Origin: Nitrospirota bacterium
GTDB taxonomy: Bacteria > Nitrospirota > UBA9217
DNA length: 64,000 nucleotides
NCBI GenBank assembly: GCA_963845065.1
Contig: CAWJQQ010000005.1
Coordinates: 256,001 to 320,000, forward strand
Reading direction: 5' to 3'
In this document: in pieces, positions 47,954 to 57,510 of the stretch
How positions within the stretch are numbered: position 1 is the first letter of the stretch
Layout: every line of letters starts with the position of its first letter
The notes under the pieces: generated by a model
Database searches by the model: none
What the model saw: the letters and a program-made list of their open reading frames with translations, nothing else
Told to the model about the DNA's origin: nothing
Position numbers and translations under genes: made by a program

Positions 47954-48524
47954 ACCCCTTGACCAGCCTTTCTTGCAATACGTCAGCTTCCTGCGCCAGA
48001 AGCACGTGCATTGTTTTTAGTTTTGCTATCCGTTCAAGCCAGCCGGACGTCACTTCTGGGTTGTTGCTTGCCGTTATGTTTTTGAGCAGCTCCAGGTCAC
48101 GGTAGGTGTCGCGCAGGTTCTCCTTCAGCTCCTGGTTATCGTCGATTAGCTGCGCACGCTGGTAGGCGCGTTCAGCGAGAATAGATATTTCCAGGGCCTT
48201 GAATGGTTTCGTTAGATAATCATAGGCCCCCGCTTTGATTGCTTCAAGTGTCGTATCAAGTGTCCCAAAGGCCGTAAGAATGACGACGGCGATATCAGGA
48301 TTACTCCGGACAGCGAACTTCAAAACTTCTATTCCGTCGGCTCCGGGCATCATGAGGTCAGTAATGACGAGGTGAACGTCTTCGATCCTGAGACGGTTGA
48401 TTGCTTCGAGACCGTCGGCCACATGGGTCACGGAGAATCCATCCCTGGCAAGGAGGGTGGTAATGACGTCTCGCGCTATATCATCGTCGTCTGCGACGAG
48501 TATCCTGAAATCTTTTTTCTTCAT
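47925..48524 (-). CDS. Response regulator (REC plus short helical C-terminal domain)
   Basis: ILVADDD, DLMMPG, GAYDYLTKP. Confidence 0.9.
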   Translation of the reverse strand: MKKKDFRILVADDDDIARDVITTLLARDGFSVTHVADGLEAINRLRIEDVHLVITDLMMPGADGIEVLKFAVRSNPDIAVVILTAFGTLDTTLEAIKAGAYDYLTKPFKALEISILAERAYQRAQLIDDNQELKENLRDTYRDLELLKNITASNNPEVTSGWLERIAKLKTMHVLLAQEADVLQERLVKGYAQKQDINR

Positions 48525-48543
48525 TGGTCGTTGTTCGTCCTCG

Positions 48544-48741
48544 CTATCGTGTTTTCTTGATCTGCTCCATTACTTCGGACCGTGCTTGAACTAAGACTTG
48601 CCGTTTCTTCGCCTCCGCCGATATATGGACGGTTTCCTGGAGCTCAGTTTCATCTTTTTTGAGGATTGTGGACGGCCTGAGCTTCGAAAGCCTATTGTAT
48701 AGGTGCGACACCTCACTAATCTGATGGGGGAAGACCGTCAT
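48544..48741 (-). CDS. Small hypothetical protein with FlgM-like (D/E)xVxISxEA motif
   Basis: GGAGG RBS; ETVHISAEAKKR; first gene behind a sigma28 promoter. Confidence 0.7.
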   Translation of the reverse strand: MTVFPHQISEVSHLYNRLSKLRPSTILKKDETELQETVHISAEAKKRQVLVQARSEVMEQIKKTR

Positions 48742-48789
48742 GATTCATCCTCCTGCTAGGCGGCACAGATGGGCATATCTTTACACTTC

Positions 48790-48816
48790 TTATCGGGCGA
48801 TTTATTTAAAACTTTA
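48790..48816 (-). promoter_or_regulatory. Sigma28 (FliA) promoter for the small ORF/REC/HD-GYP operon
   Basis: Minus strand TAAAGTTT...CCCGATAA with TAAA-N15 spacing. Confidence 0.8.
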
Positions 48817-48881
48817 GTGAAAATCCCATATAAAAAGGAAAAGGCGGCTTTTGGCTGCAAACACCGCTTTAATGATGCAAT

Positions 48882-48908
48882 TAAAGTTTTATCATACTCG
48901 ACCGATAA
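48882..48908 (+). promoter_or_regulatory. Sigma28 (FliA) promoter for flagellin
   Basis: TAAAGTTT-N11-ACCGATAA. Confidence 0.85.
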
Positions 48909-49055
48909 GATGTTCAAAGGCGGACGAATCTACAGTCAGGAAGGAGGAAGATAATCACAGGGACTAGACAGAAGCCTTGAAAAAAACGTTTCACATCGGC
49001 ACGGAATATCGGTAAGAAATACCGAAATTAAAACCTAAGAAAAAGGAGAATTACC

Positions 49056-50567
49056 ATGGCTATTGATAATGTATCATTAACAGCAGGTATGTTTTCGAAC
49101 CTCGCTTCACTACAAAACATCAGCAATGAAATTAAAACAACGCAGGAACAACTCTCAACAGGTAAAAAAGTCAACTCTGCACTTGACAATCCTCTTGAAT
49201 TTTTCACTGCCCAGTCACTTAATGGCACAGCGAGCACACTTGCTGGATTCCAGGATGGCATGAGCAACGCTGTGCAGACGATTCAGGCTGCGAACAATGG
49301 TATTACCGCAATCACTTCCTTGATCAGCCAGGCACAGGCCATTGCTCAAAGTGCAGTAGCGTCAGCAACAGGTAATTATTACGAGCAGCAATCAGTTTCT
49401 ATCACCGGGGTGACTGGTGCGGTTTATGGGAAAGGGGCTGCAATTACACTCACCGCGAACGTAACGGGGGGCGACACGGTATCCGTTGGCGGTTTGACTT
49501 TCACTGCAATAACTAGTGGTAGTGCGAGTGCGACCCAGTTCGTTGTAAATGGGAACGCAGGTGACGACGCAACAAGTCTTAAAGCAGCTATTTCTGCGGC
49601 GCTTTCAGGAAATGCATTGGGTAGCATTCCTAGTGCCTCTGTCGCTGTCAGTGGTGCCGTTGTTTCGATTACTAGCGGTACTACCAACGTACTTGCCTCA
49701 GGTGTCGCATTCTCCGCTGGAAGCACTGACGGGACAGCTGCCTCATATCAGACGACCGTCACGGCAGGCTCCACGGTGACCATCGGCGGTGTAATTTTCA
49801 CAGCGCTTTCTGCTGGTATTACTGCGGGTGTGGACCAATTCAACGTCGGCGCGAATAATACCGATACTGCGCATAATCTTGCATCGGCTATAACTACAGC
49901 AGCGGGCACAACGAAGACGTTGGGTAGTATTACTGATATTGCTGCTTCTAACACTGGCAACGTTCTTTCGCTTTCTAGCTCCAATAGCAATATTACCACC
50001 GCAAGCATCACAACTTCTAATACCACGCAATTTGCCGATACCGACGTGGCGGCACAAGTGACACCGCGCGAGACCTATAGGAGTCAGTTTGCACAGCTGC
50101 TTAATCAGATTACTACACTGGCCCAAGACTCCGGTTATAACGGCACGAATCTGCTGAATACCGCTACGCTTAACGTCCAGTTCGGCTCAAGTACGTCTGA
50201 CGTACTCGGTATTCAAGGCTTCGATGCTTCAGCGTCAGGCCTAAGTTTGTCGGCGGGAATCACAGGTTCATGGTCGGCAGACAATACGAACATCGATGCT
50301 GCCGTCGAATCATTGAATACTGCTCAGAATACCTTAAATGCAAATTCAGGGACCCTGTCGTCTGGCCTCACGATCATCAACACTCGTCAGACATGGGCGA
50401 ATAGCATGATCAACACCCTGCAAACAGGTGCCAACAACCTTGTGCTCGCCGACGAGAACCAGGAAGGTGCGAACATGCTGATGCTCCAGACACAACAGTC
50501 ACTCGCTACGACTGCTTTGAGTCTGTCGTCTCAGGCTGCTCAGTCTGTTTTGAAACTCTTCCCGTAG
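49056..50567 (+). CDS. Flagellin, alphaproteobacterial-type termini
   Basis: SLTAGMFSNLASLQ, LSTGKKVNSALDNP, DSGYNGTNLL, LVLADENQEGANMLMLQTQQSL, QSVLKLF. Confidence 0.95.
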   Translation: MAIDNVSLTAGMFSNLASLQNISNEIKTTQEQLSTGKKVNSALDNPLEFFTAQSLNGTASTLAGFQDGMSNAVQTIQAANNGITAITSLISQAQAIAQSAVASATGNYYEQQSVSITGVTGAVYGKGAAITLTANVTGGDTVSVGGLTFTAITSGSASATQFVVNGNAGDDATSLKAAISAALSGNALGSIPSASVAVSGAVVSITSGTTNVLASGVAFSAGSTDGTAASYQTTVTAGSTVTIGGVIFTALSAGITAGVDQFNVGANNTDTAHNLASAITTAAGTTKTLGSITDIAASNTGNVLSLSSSNSNITTASITTSNTTQFADTDVAAQVTPRETYRSQFAQLLNQITTLAQDSGYNGTNLLNTATLNVQFGSSTSDVLGIQGFDASASGLSLSAGITGSWSADNTNIDAAVESLNTAQNTLNANSGTLSSGLTIINTRQTWANSMINTLQTGANNLVLADENQEGANMLMLQTQQSLATTALSLSSQAAQSVLKLFP

Positions 50568-50592
50568 GTGCAATGAGAAAAACGATCATTGA

Positions 50593-50626
50593 GATGGAGG
50601 GGCTTTTCGCCCCTCCATCGTTTTCT
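50593..50626 (+). terminator. Intrinsic terminator after flagellin
   Basis: GATGGAGGGGC-TTTTC-GCCCCTCCATC followed by GTTTTCT. Confidence 0.8.
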
Positions 50627-50645
50627 CACTGAGGAAGGAGGAGGA

Positions 50646-51119
50646 ATGGAAATCTCCAACATAACAAGGCAAGCAAATCAAATTAACACCTCTAGCCCGT
50701 CGTCAATAGTTAATACGTCCAATGTGTCCGGGCAAAGCTCTACTGACCCGGTAAGCAGTCAGAGTTCGATAACAACTCCGCAAGGGCAGATGGTATCAAT
50801 TAGTAGCCATATCAATTACATTCAGCAGCAACTCGATGCCCTTCTAGACCGTTATCCCCCATTTTTCCCGGCGGGGGCTCCGCAGCGGATTGACCTTATA
50901 AAGGGGTTTAAATGGGTACAAGATAAGATAGAAAATTCAATAATCCCCGCTGACTTTAAAAAGGGTCTGTCAGATGCAAAATTGTCAGATAATGCTTCGG
51001 ATAACGATATTTCGAACGCTTTAAATAACCTCATTCAAATTAAAAATACGATAAATCAAAATAGTACGGAAGACTCCAATACTCAACAACCGGGCGTTGT
51101 TGTTAACACTAAAATCTAA
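50646..51119 (+). CDS. Hypothetical flagellin-associated protein
   Basis: GGAGG RBS; Ser/Thr-rich N-terminus, YPPFFPAG core, C-terminal PGVVVNTKI. Confidence 0.7.
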   Translation: MEISNITRQANQINTSSPSSIVNTSNVSGQSSTDPVSSQSSITTPQGQMVSISSHINYIQQQLDALLDRYPPFFPAGAPQRIDLIKGFKWVQDKIENSIIPADFKKGLSDAKLSDNASDNDISNALNNLIQIKNTINQNSTEDSNTQQPGVVVNTKI

Positions 51120-51143
51120 TTGCCCGAAACGAGGGACATCTTT

Positions 51144-51542
51144 ATGGGGTTAAAAATTTCTATCAAACCGCACGAGCGGCTGATCATTGGAGGGGCTGTT
51201 ATAACGAACGGTAAAAACAGAAGCGATTTCTATATTGAAAGCAACGTCCCTATCCTGCGGGAGAAAGATATATTAAGTGAAAAAAAAGCGGATACTCCCT
51301 GCAAAAAAATTTATTTCGTCATCCAGCTTATGTATGTGGATGGAAAGAACCTGGCTGAACTCCATGCCCTGTATTGGAAACTGGTTAGCGACATTGTAAA
51401 AGCGGCTCCGAGTATGACACCACTCATTGAACAGATCAGCGAGCAAATTTTACATAAAAACTATTACCAAGCGCTTAAAAAGTCAAAAGAACTTATCGAA
51501 TATGAACAGGAGGTAATTAATCGTGTACGCAAACCAGCTTGA
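51144..51542 (+). CDS. flbT: Flagellin translational regulator FlbT
   Basis: MGLKISIKPHERLIIGGAVITNG, ILREKDIL, ADTPCKKIYFVIQLMY, YYQALK. Confidence 0.93.
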   Translation: MGLKISIKPHERLIIGGAVITNGKNRSDFYIESNVPILREKDILSEKKADTPCKKIYFVIQLMYVDGKNLAELHALYWKLVSDIVKAAPSMTPLIEQISEQILHKNYYQALKKSKELIEYEQEVINRVRKPA

Positions 51543-51900
51543 AGCATACAGAACCGTTCACAAGACAACGATGTCAGGAAGGGAGATCGAAGCATCAGTG
51601 CTTACCCAGGCCGCCTTGAAACTCCAGATATGCCAGAATAATTGGGGCATCGCGGGGAATGAGCAGCAATTAAGCGAGGCGATATCTTATAATCAACGGT
51701 TATGGAGCATATTTCAATCGGAGCTGGCTAAGGAAGATAATCCGCTGCCTAAAAAACTGCGAGAGGACATTCTATCCCTCAGTCTGTTTATTAGTAAAAA
51801 GCTCATCTATATCCTGTCCTACCCGTCTCCGGATGAACTTACACCTGTTATTAATATAAATCTCAGCCTTGCGGCAGGGCTCCGGGGCGTTCCCATATAG
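51523..51900 (+). CDS. flaF: Flagellin chaperone/regulator FlaF
   Basis: REIEA, NQRLWSIFQSEL..EDNPLP..LR..ILSL, ININ..LAAGL. Confidence 0.93.
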   Translation: MYANQLEAYRTVHKTTMSGREIEASVLTQAALKLQICQNNWGIAGNEQQLSEAISYNQRLWSIFQSELAKEDNPLPKKLREDILSLSLFISKKLIYILSYPSPDELTPVININLSLAAGLRGVPI

Positions 51901-51934
51901 CAAAAAGGGATTCATCGGTCTTTCGTTCCGACGT

Positions 51935-54900
51935 CTAAGCCGGTTGCGCGCAAGTCTCAGTTTCAACAGTCTGTATCATCTGGGATGCTTCTTTTTGAAG
52001 AATGAGAATGTCCCTGTTTGCGTACTTTCCGTCTATGACAGCGTTGAGCAGTTTTACTGCTTGAGCGGCTCTGCCAACATCAAGAAGGCGCTTTGCCGTA
52101 TTATGAATAAGGGGGAGAAAGCTGATGCGAATTTTCAGAAGCTTTTCGAAGTATTCGAACCCCTTTTGATTATTCCCTTCGATGCAATTGACTGCACCCA
52201 GCAACGCGACAGCAATAGGAAAATCCGCATTTTTTTTCATCAATTCGCTCAAAAAGAGTCTCGCGTTTTGTATGTCTCCGACGAGAATCTCGCAAAAGGC
52301 ATAATTCGTAACCGCTTCCTTTCGTTCCGGGGCGAGAGTAACAGCTTTTTTCGATGATTGAAGCGCATCGTGATAGTTTCCATTAAGCAAGTGCTGACCG
52401 CCTATGTTATAGTATGCTAACGATTCTTTCGGGTTGACCTCTATCACGCGTTTCCAGAGTGCAATGGCCTCCTCGTACTTGCCGAGCTCTCCAGCCTGAA
52501 TTGCCAACTCCATCATGGCTTTCATGTCGCCGCTTGTTTCCTCAAGTTTTTTGACTCCGAGCGCGTAATAGTGCTCCTGCTTGACTGCAAGTTTTTTCTG
52601 GTTCAATCTGCCTAGGTGATGTATTGGAATATGAATGAGTTCGATCTTTATTCCTAATCGTTTTATCGATGTCTCAACAAGTTCATGCACGGGATTTTCA
52701 AACCGGATGCAAGGATCATTCGGGAATAAGCGAACCTTCGTTGACGGGAGCCAACCGTTTCCTGCGGCCTCACGCTCGTATTTTTCCTCATTTGCCGACC
52801 ATCCCTCAACACTAAATAGCTCAGTGTAATTTCTCGTGATCAATGAATAACTCGCTCGTTCCGCTTTTTTCTTTGTTAGGATATTTTCCAGGATCGGATA
52901 GTCCAGCGGGGAAACCAGTTCATCGGCATCGAGCACGAATATCCAGTCACCGGATGCTTTAGCGAGTGAAGCGTTCCTTGCCTCTGCGAAATCGTCGTTC
53001 CACGAAAAATCGTAGACCTGTGCTCCATACGCGACTGCGATGTTCTTAGTCCGGTCCGTGGAACCTGTGTCAACGATGATTATTTCGTCCACGACCGGTG
53101 AAATGCTGTGAAGGCACCGCGCCAGGTATGGTTCCTCATTTTTTACAATCATGCAGAGTGAAAGACTTGTACGGTTATGAATAGTTTTGTCGATGATCTT
53201 CGGGCCGAGGCGGGCCCGTACCGTCAGTGCGGCCAACAGTAAGCCGTCATCCAAATCGAATTTGACTAAAACTTCCTGAATTACGCGCATCGCATCAGTA
53301 AACCGTTCCTGTTTTATGAGAGAATCTATTAGAAGAAAGAAGATTTTTTTGTGATTCGAATAAATCTCAATCGCGTCTCTCAGGATTATCTCTGCTCGAT
53401 TATACTCTTTCTGGACCGACACAGCTTCGTAATATCGTGATAACAGGTCGCTGGTAGTCGGAGAAAGGATGAAGCCTTTTTCGAGGAGATTCAGAGCTTC
53501 CTTTCTATTGTTTGCTGCCCATCTCATGACTCCGACGTTCGAATACGGCTCGCCGTAACCCGGATCAGCGGCTATCGCGCGCTGAAAGAAGTTTTCTGCT
53601 GTGTTTAAATCTCCTCTCTTGTAAGCGATAACGCCTTTTATATTAAGTGCAGGAGCCGATTGCCCATTCAATGACAGGATGACGTCGACTTGCTCTTCGG
53701 CTTCGGAATCTAAGCCCAAACCTTCTTTGCAAATGGCCATGATCTCGAGCTTATTGACATCGCGCTCATCGGACGGCATCTCCCGCATGACATCATAAGC
53801 TTCCTGAAACCGTTTCGCATCTACCAGCATCGATGACAGGGCATAATAAATTTTTTTCAGTTCCGGATGAAATCCAATGCCTCTGATGAGGAGATCAAAG
53901 GCCGTATTAATTTTGCCTAGATGACGCAAAATTTCGGCATTATCGAGAACCGCAATGGCATCCATCTGGTAGAGAATGTCTTTTTTGGTACTGAGCCCTG
54001 TCCATTTCCCGGTAAAGACACTTTTTGTTCTCGGCATATATGTCATTTTGCCGCAATTGTAGACGATAACGTCTGCAGCAATAAAATTTTGATGACCTTT
54101 CAGCGTAGATCGTAGGCAATAATCATCAAACATGTAACCGTTCCATCCGTACTGCTCATCGAATAAGCCAATCTCTAAGACGAGTGAATGCCGGAAAAGA
54201 ATGCAGAACCCATCAAGAGTTTTAACCGAGATCCTGCGATGCCGGTTTTGTTCGCGAAACAAATTTGCGAAGGATAGCAGTTGGCTCAAAGTCTGACAAT
54301 CTCCGGAAACAACATGCTGAGCACCACGCGCACGATTAGACATCGGCCCCACAATGCCCGAATTGGGTGAACTGTGTAAGCATTCCGACATTCCAGAGAG
54401 CCACCCCTTTGTGACAACGACATCATCGGAGATGACCACTACATACTCGCCCGAAGAAGCCCGCAACCCTCTATTGACACTGATTGTGCAATCTTGTGTA
54501 GAGCCGCCGACGAGAAATTTGTAGTGAGGGTTATCTTTAATGAGTTTTCTGATCCACTTGTTTGATTTACTATCTATTTTGTTTTCAGAGACGATGATGA
54601 TCTCGTGAGGTACGTCACTATGGTTCTTTATGCTTGCGATACATTGTTTGAGTTTCCGTATATCGCCAGACACCATAATAATGATGGAGGACAATCCTTT
54701 TGTTATCAGGCGTTCTGTTAGTTCTTCGCTTGACATCTGCCCTGACTCGGCCGCGAAGTTCTTGACCCGTTCCGGGCTGCTGACTTCTCTGCCGGCCAGT
54801 AGTGATCCCGGTTGATCTTTTAAAAGTGTTGTATTGTTTGCGGCAGTTGTCTTGTCTAGAAGAAGTTTGGTGGTGACCTCGATAAAACGAGGTGCGTATT

Positions 54901-56656
54901 CTCGGTAAAGACCATTTATTATAGCCTTGCCCAGAAGACGAAATTCTTCGATCGTGCAATCGTCCATACGGCTATAATTGAGTAACACTTCATCCCTTTC
55001 TGTCCATGGCACGTCATCATCCCGGTTAGTCCGCGCGATGCCGGCATCCTCGGTAATAAGATTGATAAGGCCGATTCGGTCTTTTCGTGCCTCCTGAATA
55101 TTGCCTGCTATCGCGGTCAACCGTTCGAATGGCAGATATCGGACTAACATCTTTTTGAACATGGCGGTCTGGTAGCGCGTGAGAATGATGCTGTTCTCTT
55201 TGCTCTGCGCAACCCGGTTGCTGTGCTCGATGCTAGCGGAGGAATCAAGGTATAGTCCGAGGTATTGTTTAATATGATGAAATTTCATCGTTTGAGAAAT
55301 CCTTAACCAAAATTCGTAATCCCCCGATGTTACCATCGACTCATCAAATAATCCATAAAGATCATGTACCGACCGCCGCCACATAGGCTGCGGTCCCATA
55401 AAACACCCCTTGCTAAGAAGGATAGTCCTGTCCCAGTCATGCCAGTTATAGAAGCCTACCGGTGTATGTTTCTCAAAAGTCTCGTTTTCCGTTTTTGTGA
55501 TGATGACGTCTGCATATACAAGGGCTATGTCTTGACGACTTTCTAATTCTTTGACCATTACGGCATATGCGTCTTTGCGGTGTCGATCGTCAGTGTTGGC
55601 ATTAGTAATATATTTTCCCGAGGAGGCCATTATCCCTCTGTTCCAAGCAGTGTAAACCATCTCTCTCTCGACTGTTCTTATGTATTTGATGTTGCGGTAA
55701 CTATTCTGAAATTCTTGAACAATAGCTTTTTCGTTCTGTTGTGATGCGCTATCGATGACGATAATTTCTATTTTATCCGCTATGGTCTGGGCCACCAAGT
55801 TCTCAAGGCACCCCTTGATAAATCGTTCAGAGTTATAGGTTGAGACAAGAGCAGTAATGAGGTACTTATTTGATATGTTATTTTGACATACGACGAGAGG
55901 CTCTCTCATGCCGTTACTACCAGAACTACGAATTGAAGCGGTATGATGAGTGCATTTGTAGGTCTTGGCCCGACCACTGTCAAAAAAATATTGTTTATAA
56001 TCAACCTTTGGGAAAATATTTAACTTTCCGCTCAGCGTTGCGTCAATGATTCTACGACCGGAAGATTCAAATGCGGCTTTAGCCATACGATACGAATGTT
56101 CGGAACGCTCCAGATCGGGAAGGTTCCAGCGCATTCCTTTTCCAAAATACTCAGGATGGAAATGATTAGGGTCGTCACCTTGTGACACTATCTCTTTATT
56201 TGGGTCGCCCGGTGTCACAAAGTGGTGATCGACGCCGATGAGGACCACTTCAGAGAAGCCCATGAAATATGCAAGTTGCATGGCAAAGTAGGTCACAGTC
56301 CACCCCTCGCATAGACCCTTACAAGGGTTGCTCGAAAAGATCCATGCAGGAAGACTCCTAATAAAAAACATATCTGCGGGTGGGTTAGGAAAAAATGGGC
56401 TCCCGTTGTTACTTAAGAACTTCGGAGCATTAACCTTCAGAATTTCGTCTGCGCTCTGCTCAATAACAAGAGGATTGACAGAAACATAATACGTCGGACG
56501 AAATTTCCAGCGATCAAACAGGAGAAAGATACGGTTCATACCAAAACATATCTCGTTTTCGAGAAATGAGAGGTCCATCTTGCCGAGACTGGGACCATTG
56601 CCGATGATAACGCAACGCTTACCCTTGTGAATATTTTCAAATTCTTCTAATTGCAT
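51935..56656 (-). CDS. Multidomain flagellin glycosyltransferase: DUF115/Maf-like, GT2, GT2, TPR, GT2, TPR
   Basis: N-terminal IIGNGPSL...MQLAYFMGFSEVVLIGVDH; GT2 (VSTYNSE...NANTDD); GT2 (GIVGPMSN); TPRs; SLCMIVKNEE...VDTGSTD...DADE GT2. Confidence 0.9.
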   Translation of the reverse strand: MQLEEFENIHKGKRCVIIGNGPSLGKMDLSFLENEICFGMNRIFLLFDRWKFRPTYYVSVNPLVIEQSADEILKVNAPKFLSNNGSPFFPNPPADMFFIRSLPAWIFSSNPCKGLCEGWTVTYFAMQLAYFMGFSEVVLIGVDHHFVTPGDPNKEIVSQGDDPNHFHPEYFGKGMRWNLPDLERSEHSYRMAKAAFESSGRRIIDATLSGKLNIFPKVDYKQYFFDSGRAKTYKCTHHTASIRSSGSNGMREPLVVCQNNISNKYLITALVSTYNSERFIKGCLENLVAQTIADKIEIIVIDSASQQNEKAIVQEFQNSYRNIKYIRTVEREMVYTAWNRGIMASSGKYITNANTDDRHRKDAYAVMVKELESRQDIALVYADVIITKTENETFEKHTPVGFYNWHDWDRTILLSKGCFMGPQPMWRRSVHDLYGLFDESMVTSGDYEFWLRISQTMKFHHIKQYLGLYLDSSASIEHSNRVAQSKENSIILTRYQTAMFKKMLVRYLPFERLTAIAGNIQEARKDRIGLINLITEDAGIARTNRDDDVPWTERDEVLLNYSRMDDCTIEEFRLLGKAIINGLYREYAPRFIEVTTKLLLDKTTAANNTTLLKDQPGSLLAGREVSSPERVKNFAAESGQMSSEELTERLITKGLSSIIIMVSGDIRKLKQCIASIKNHSDVPHEIIIVSENKIDSKSNKWIRKLIKDNPHYKFLVGGSTQDCTISVNRGLRASSGEYVVVISDDVVVTKGWLSGMSECLHSSPNSGIVGPMSNRARGAQHVVSGDCQTLSQLLSFANLFREQNRHRRISVKTLDGFCILFRHSLVLEIGLFDEQYGWNGYMFDDYCLRSTLKGHQNFIAADVIVYNCGKMTYMPRTKSVFTGKWTGLSTKKDILYQMDAIAVLDNAEILRHLGKINTAFDLLIRGIGFHPELKKIYYALSSMLVDAKRFQEAYDVMREMPSDERDVNKLEIMAICKEGLGLDSEAEEQVDVILSLNGQSAPALNIKGVIAYKRGDLNTAENFFQRAIAADPGYGEPYSNVGVMRWAANNRKEALNLLEKGFILSPTTSDLLSRYYEAVSVQKEYNRAEIILRDAIEIYSNHKKIFFLLIDSLIKQERFTDAMRVIQEVLVKFDLDDGLLLAALTVRARLGPKIIDKTIHNRTSLSLCMIVKNEEPYLARCLHSISPVVDEIIIVDTGSTDRTKNIAVAYGAQVYDFSWNDDFAEARNASLAKASGDWIFVLDADELVSPLDYPILENILTKKKAERASYSLITRNYTELFSVEGWSANEEKYEREAAGNGWLPSTKVRLFPNDPCIRFENPVHELVETSIKRLGIKIELIHIPIHHLGRLNQKKLAVKQEHYYALGVKKLEETSGDMKAMMELAIQAGELGKYEEAIALWKRVIEVNPKESLAYYNIGGQHLLNGNYHDALQSSKKAVTLAPERKEAVTNYAFCEILVGDIQNARLFLSELMKKNADFPIAVALLGAVNCIEGNNQKGFEYFEKLLKIRISFLPLIHNTAKRLLDVGRAAQAVKLLNAVIDGKYANRDILILQKEASQMIQTVETETCAQPA

Positions 56657-56694
56657 AATAAATTTTCTCCTTAGTACGTACTACGGCAGGCACT

Positions 56695-57429
56695 TCATGC
56701 TGGATCACTTAAACATCCGCTGATACCTCCATCGATTGTCAGAACTGATCCTGTAATAAATCCTGCATTATTTCCGGCAAGGAACAGTGCAAGTTGTCCA
56801 ATTTCTTCAGGGATAGCAATACGCTCAAGGGGGTGGTAGTGCATAAGCGAATCATAACCAGAAGGGTTATCAATAAAGCCATCTCGAAGCATTTTCGTAT
56901 CAGTTGCAGCCGGAGAGATTGCATTTACCCTTATTTCAGGTGCAAGGTCAAGTGCCATAGACTTCGTCATAGTAACCAATGCACCTTTACTGGTAGCATA
57001 TGCGACAAAATTCCGCTTAGTAAGCTGAGCATGGATGCTGGCGATATTGATGATACTCCCTCGCGTTTCCCGCAATTCCTGGACGAAGAGAGTCGCAAGC
57101 CAGAACGGCGCTAAGAGGTTGGTATCTATGGTCTCGCTCCAGTCACTTCTAGTCATTTCAGTGCATGGCTTGACTACCTGAACAGCCGCATTATTAATGA
57201 GAACATCAAGCCTATTGCCGGTTAAAGCAAGAACATCCTTATGAAGCTGCTCGGCAACGTCTTCAGAATGCGCTAGCCTGCTTAAATCGCACCGGATGTA
57301 TTTATGGGCAAACGCCTTAACAACGATACGGTCGATGCCGACCACGAGAAAGCCAGCCTTGCTAAATACTTCGCATATAGCCGTGCCGACGCCGCCGCAT
57401 GCGCCTGTAATGAGAGCCACCTTATTCAT
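56695..57429 (-). CDS. Short-chain dehydrogenase/reductase
   Basis: TGACGGVG, NNAA, YATSK. Confidence 0.93.
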   Translation of the reverse strand: MNKVALITGACGGVGTAICEVFSKAGFLVVGIDRIVVKAFAHKYIRCDLSRLAHSEDVAEQLHKDVLALTGNRLDVLINNAAVQVVKPCTEMTRSDWSETIDTNLLAPFWLATLFVQELRETRGSIINIASIHAQLTKRNFVAYATSKGALVTMTKSMALDLAPEIRVNAISPAATDTKMLRDGFIDNPSGYDSLMHYHPLERIAIPEEIGQLALFLAGNNAGFITGSVLTIDGGISGCLSDPA

Positions 57430-57510
57430 GCTGTTTTTTCCAGTAAGAGGCCGAAATCACCAATATTTGTTTTCCAGATTATCATTATAAAAGGCAGGTT
57501 ATAAACCATA

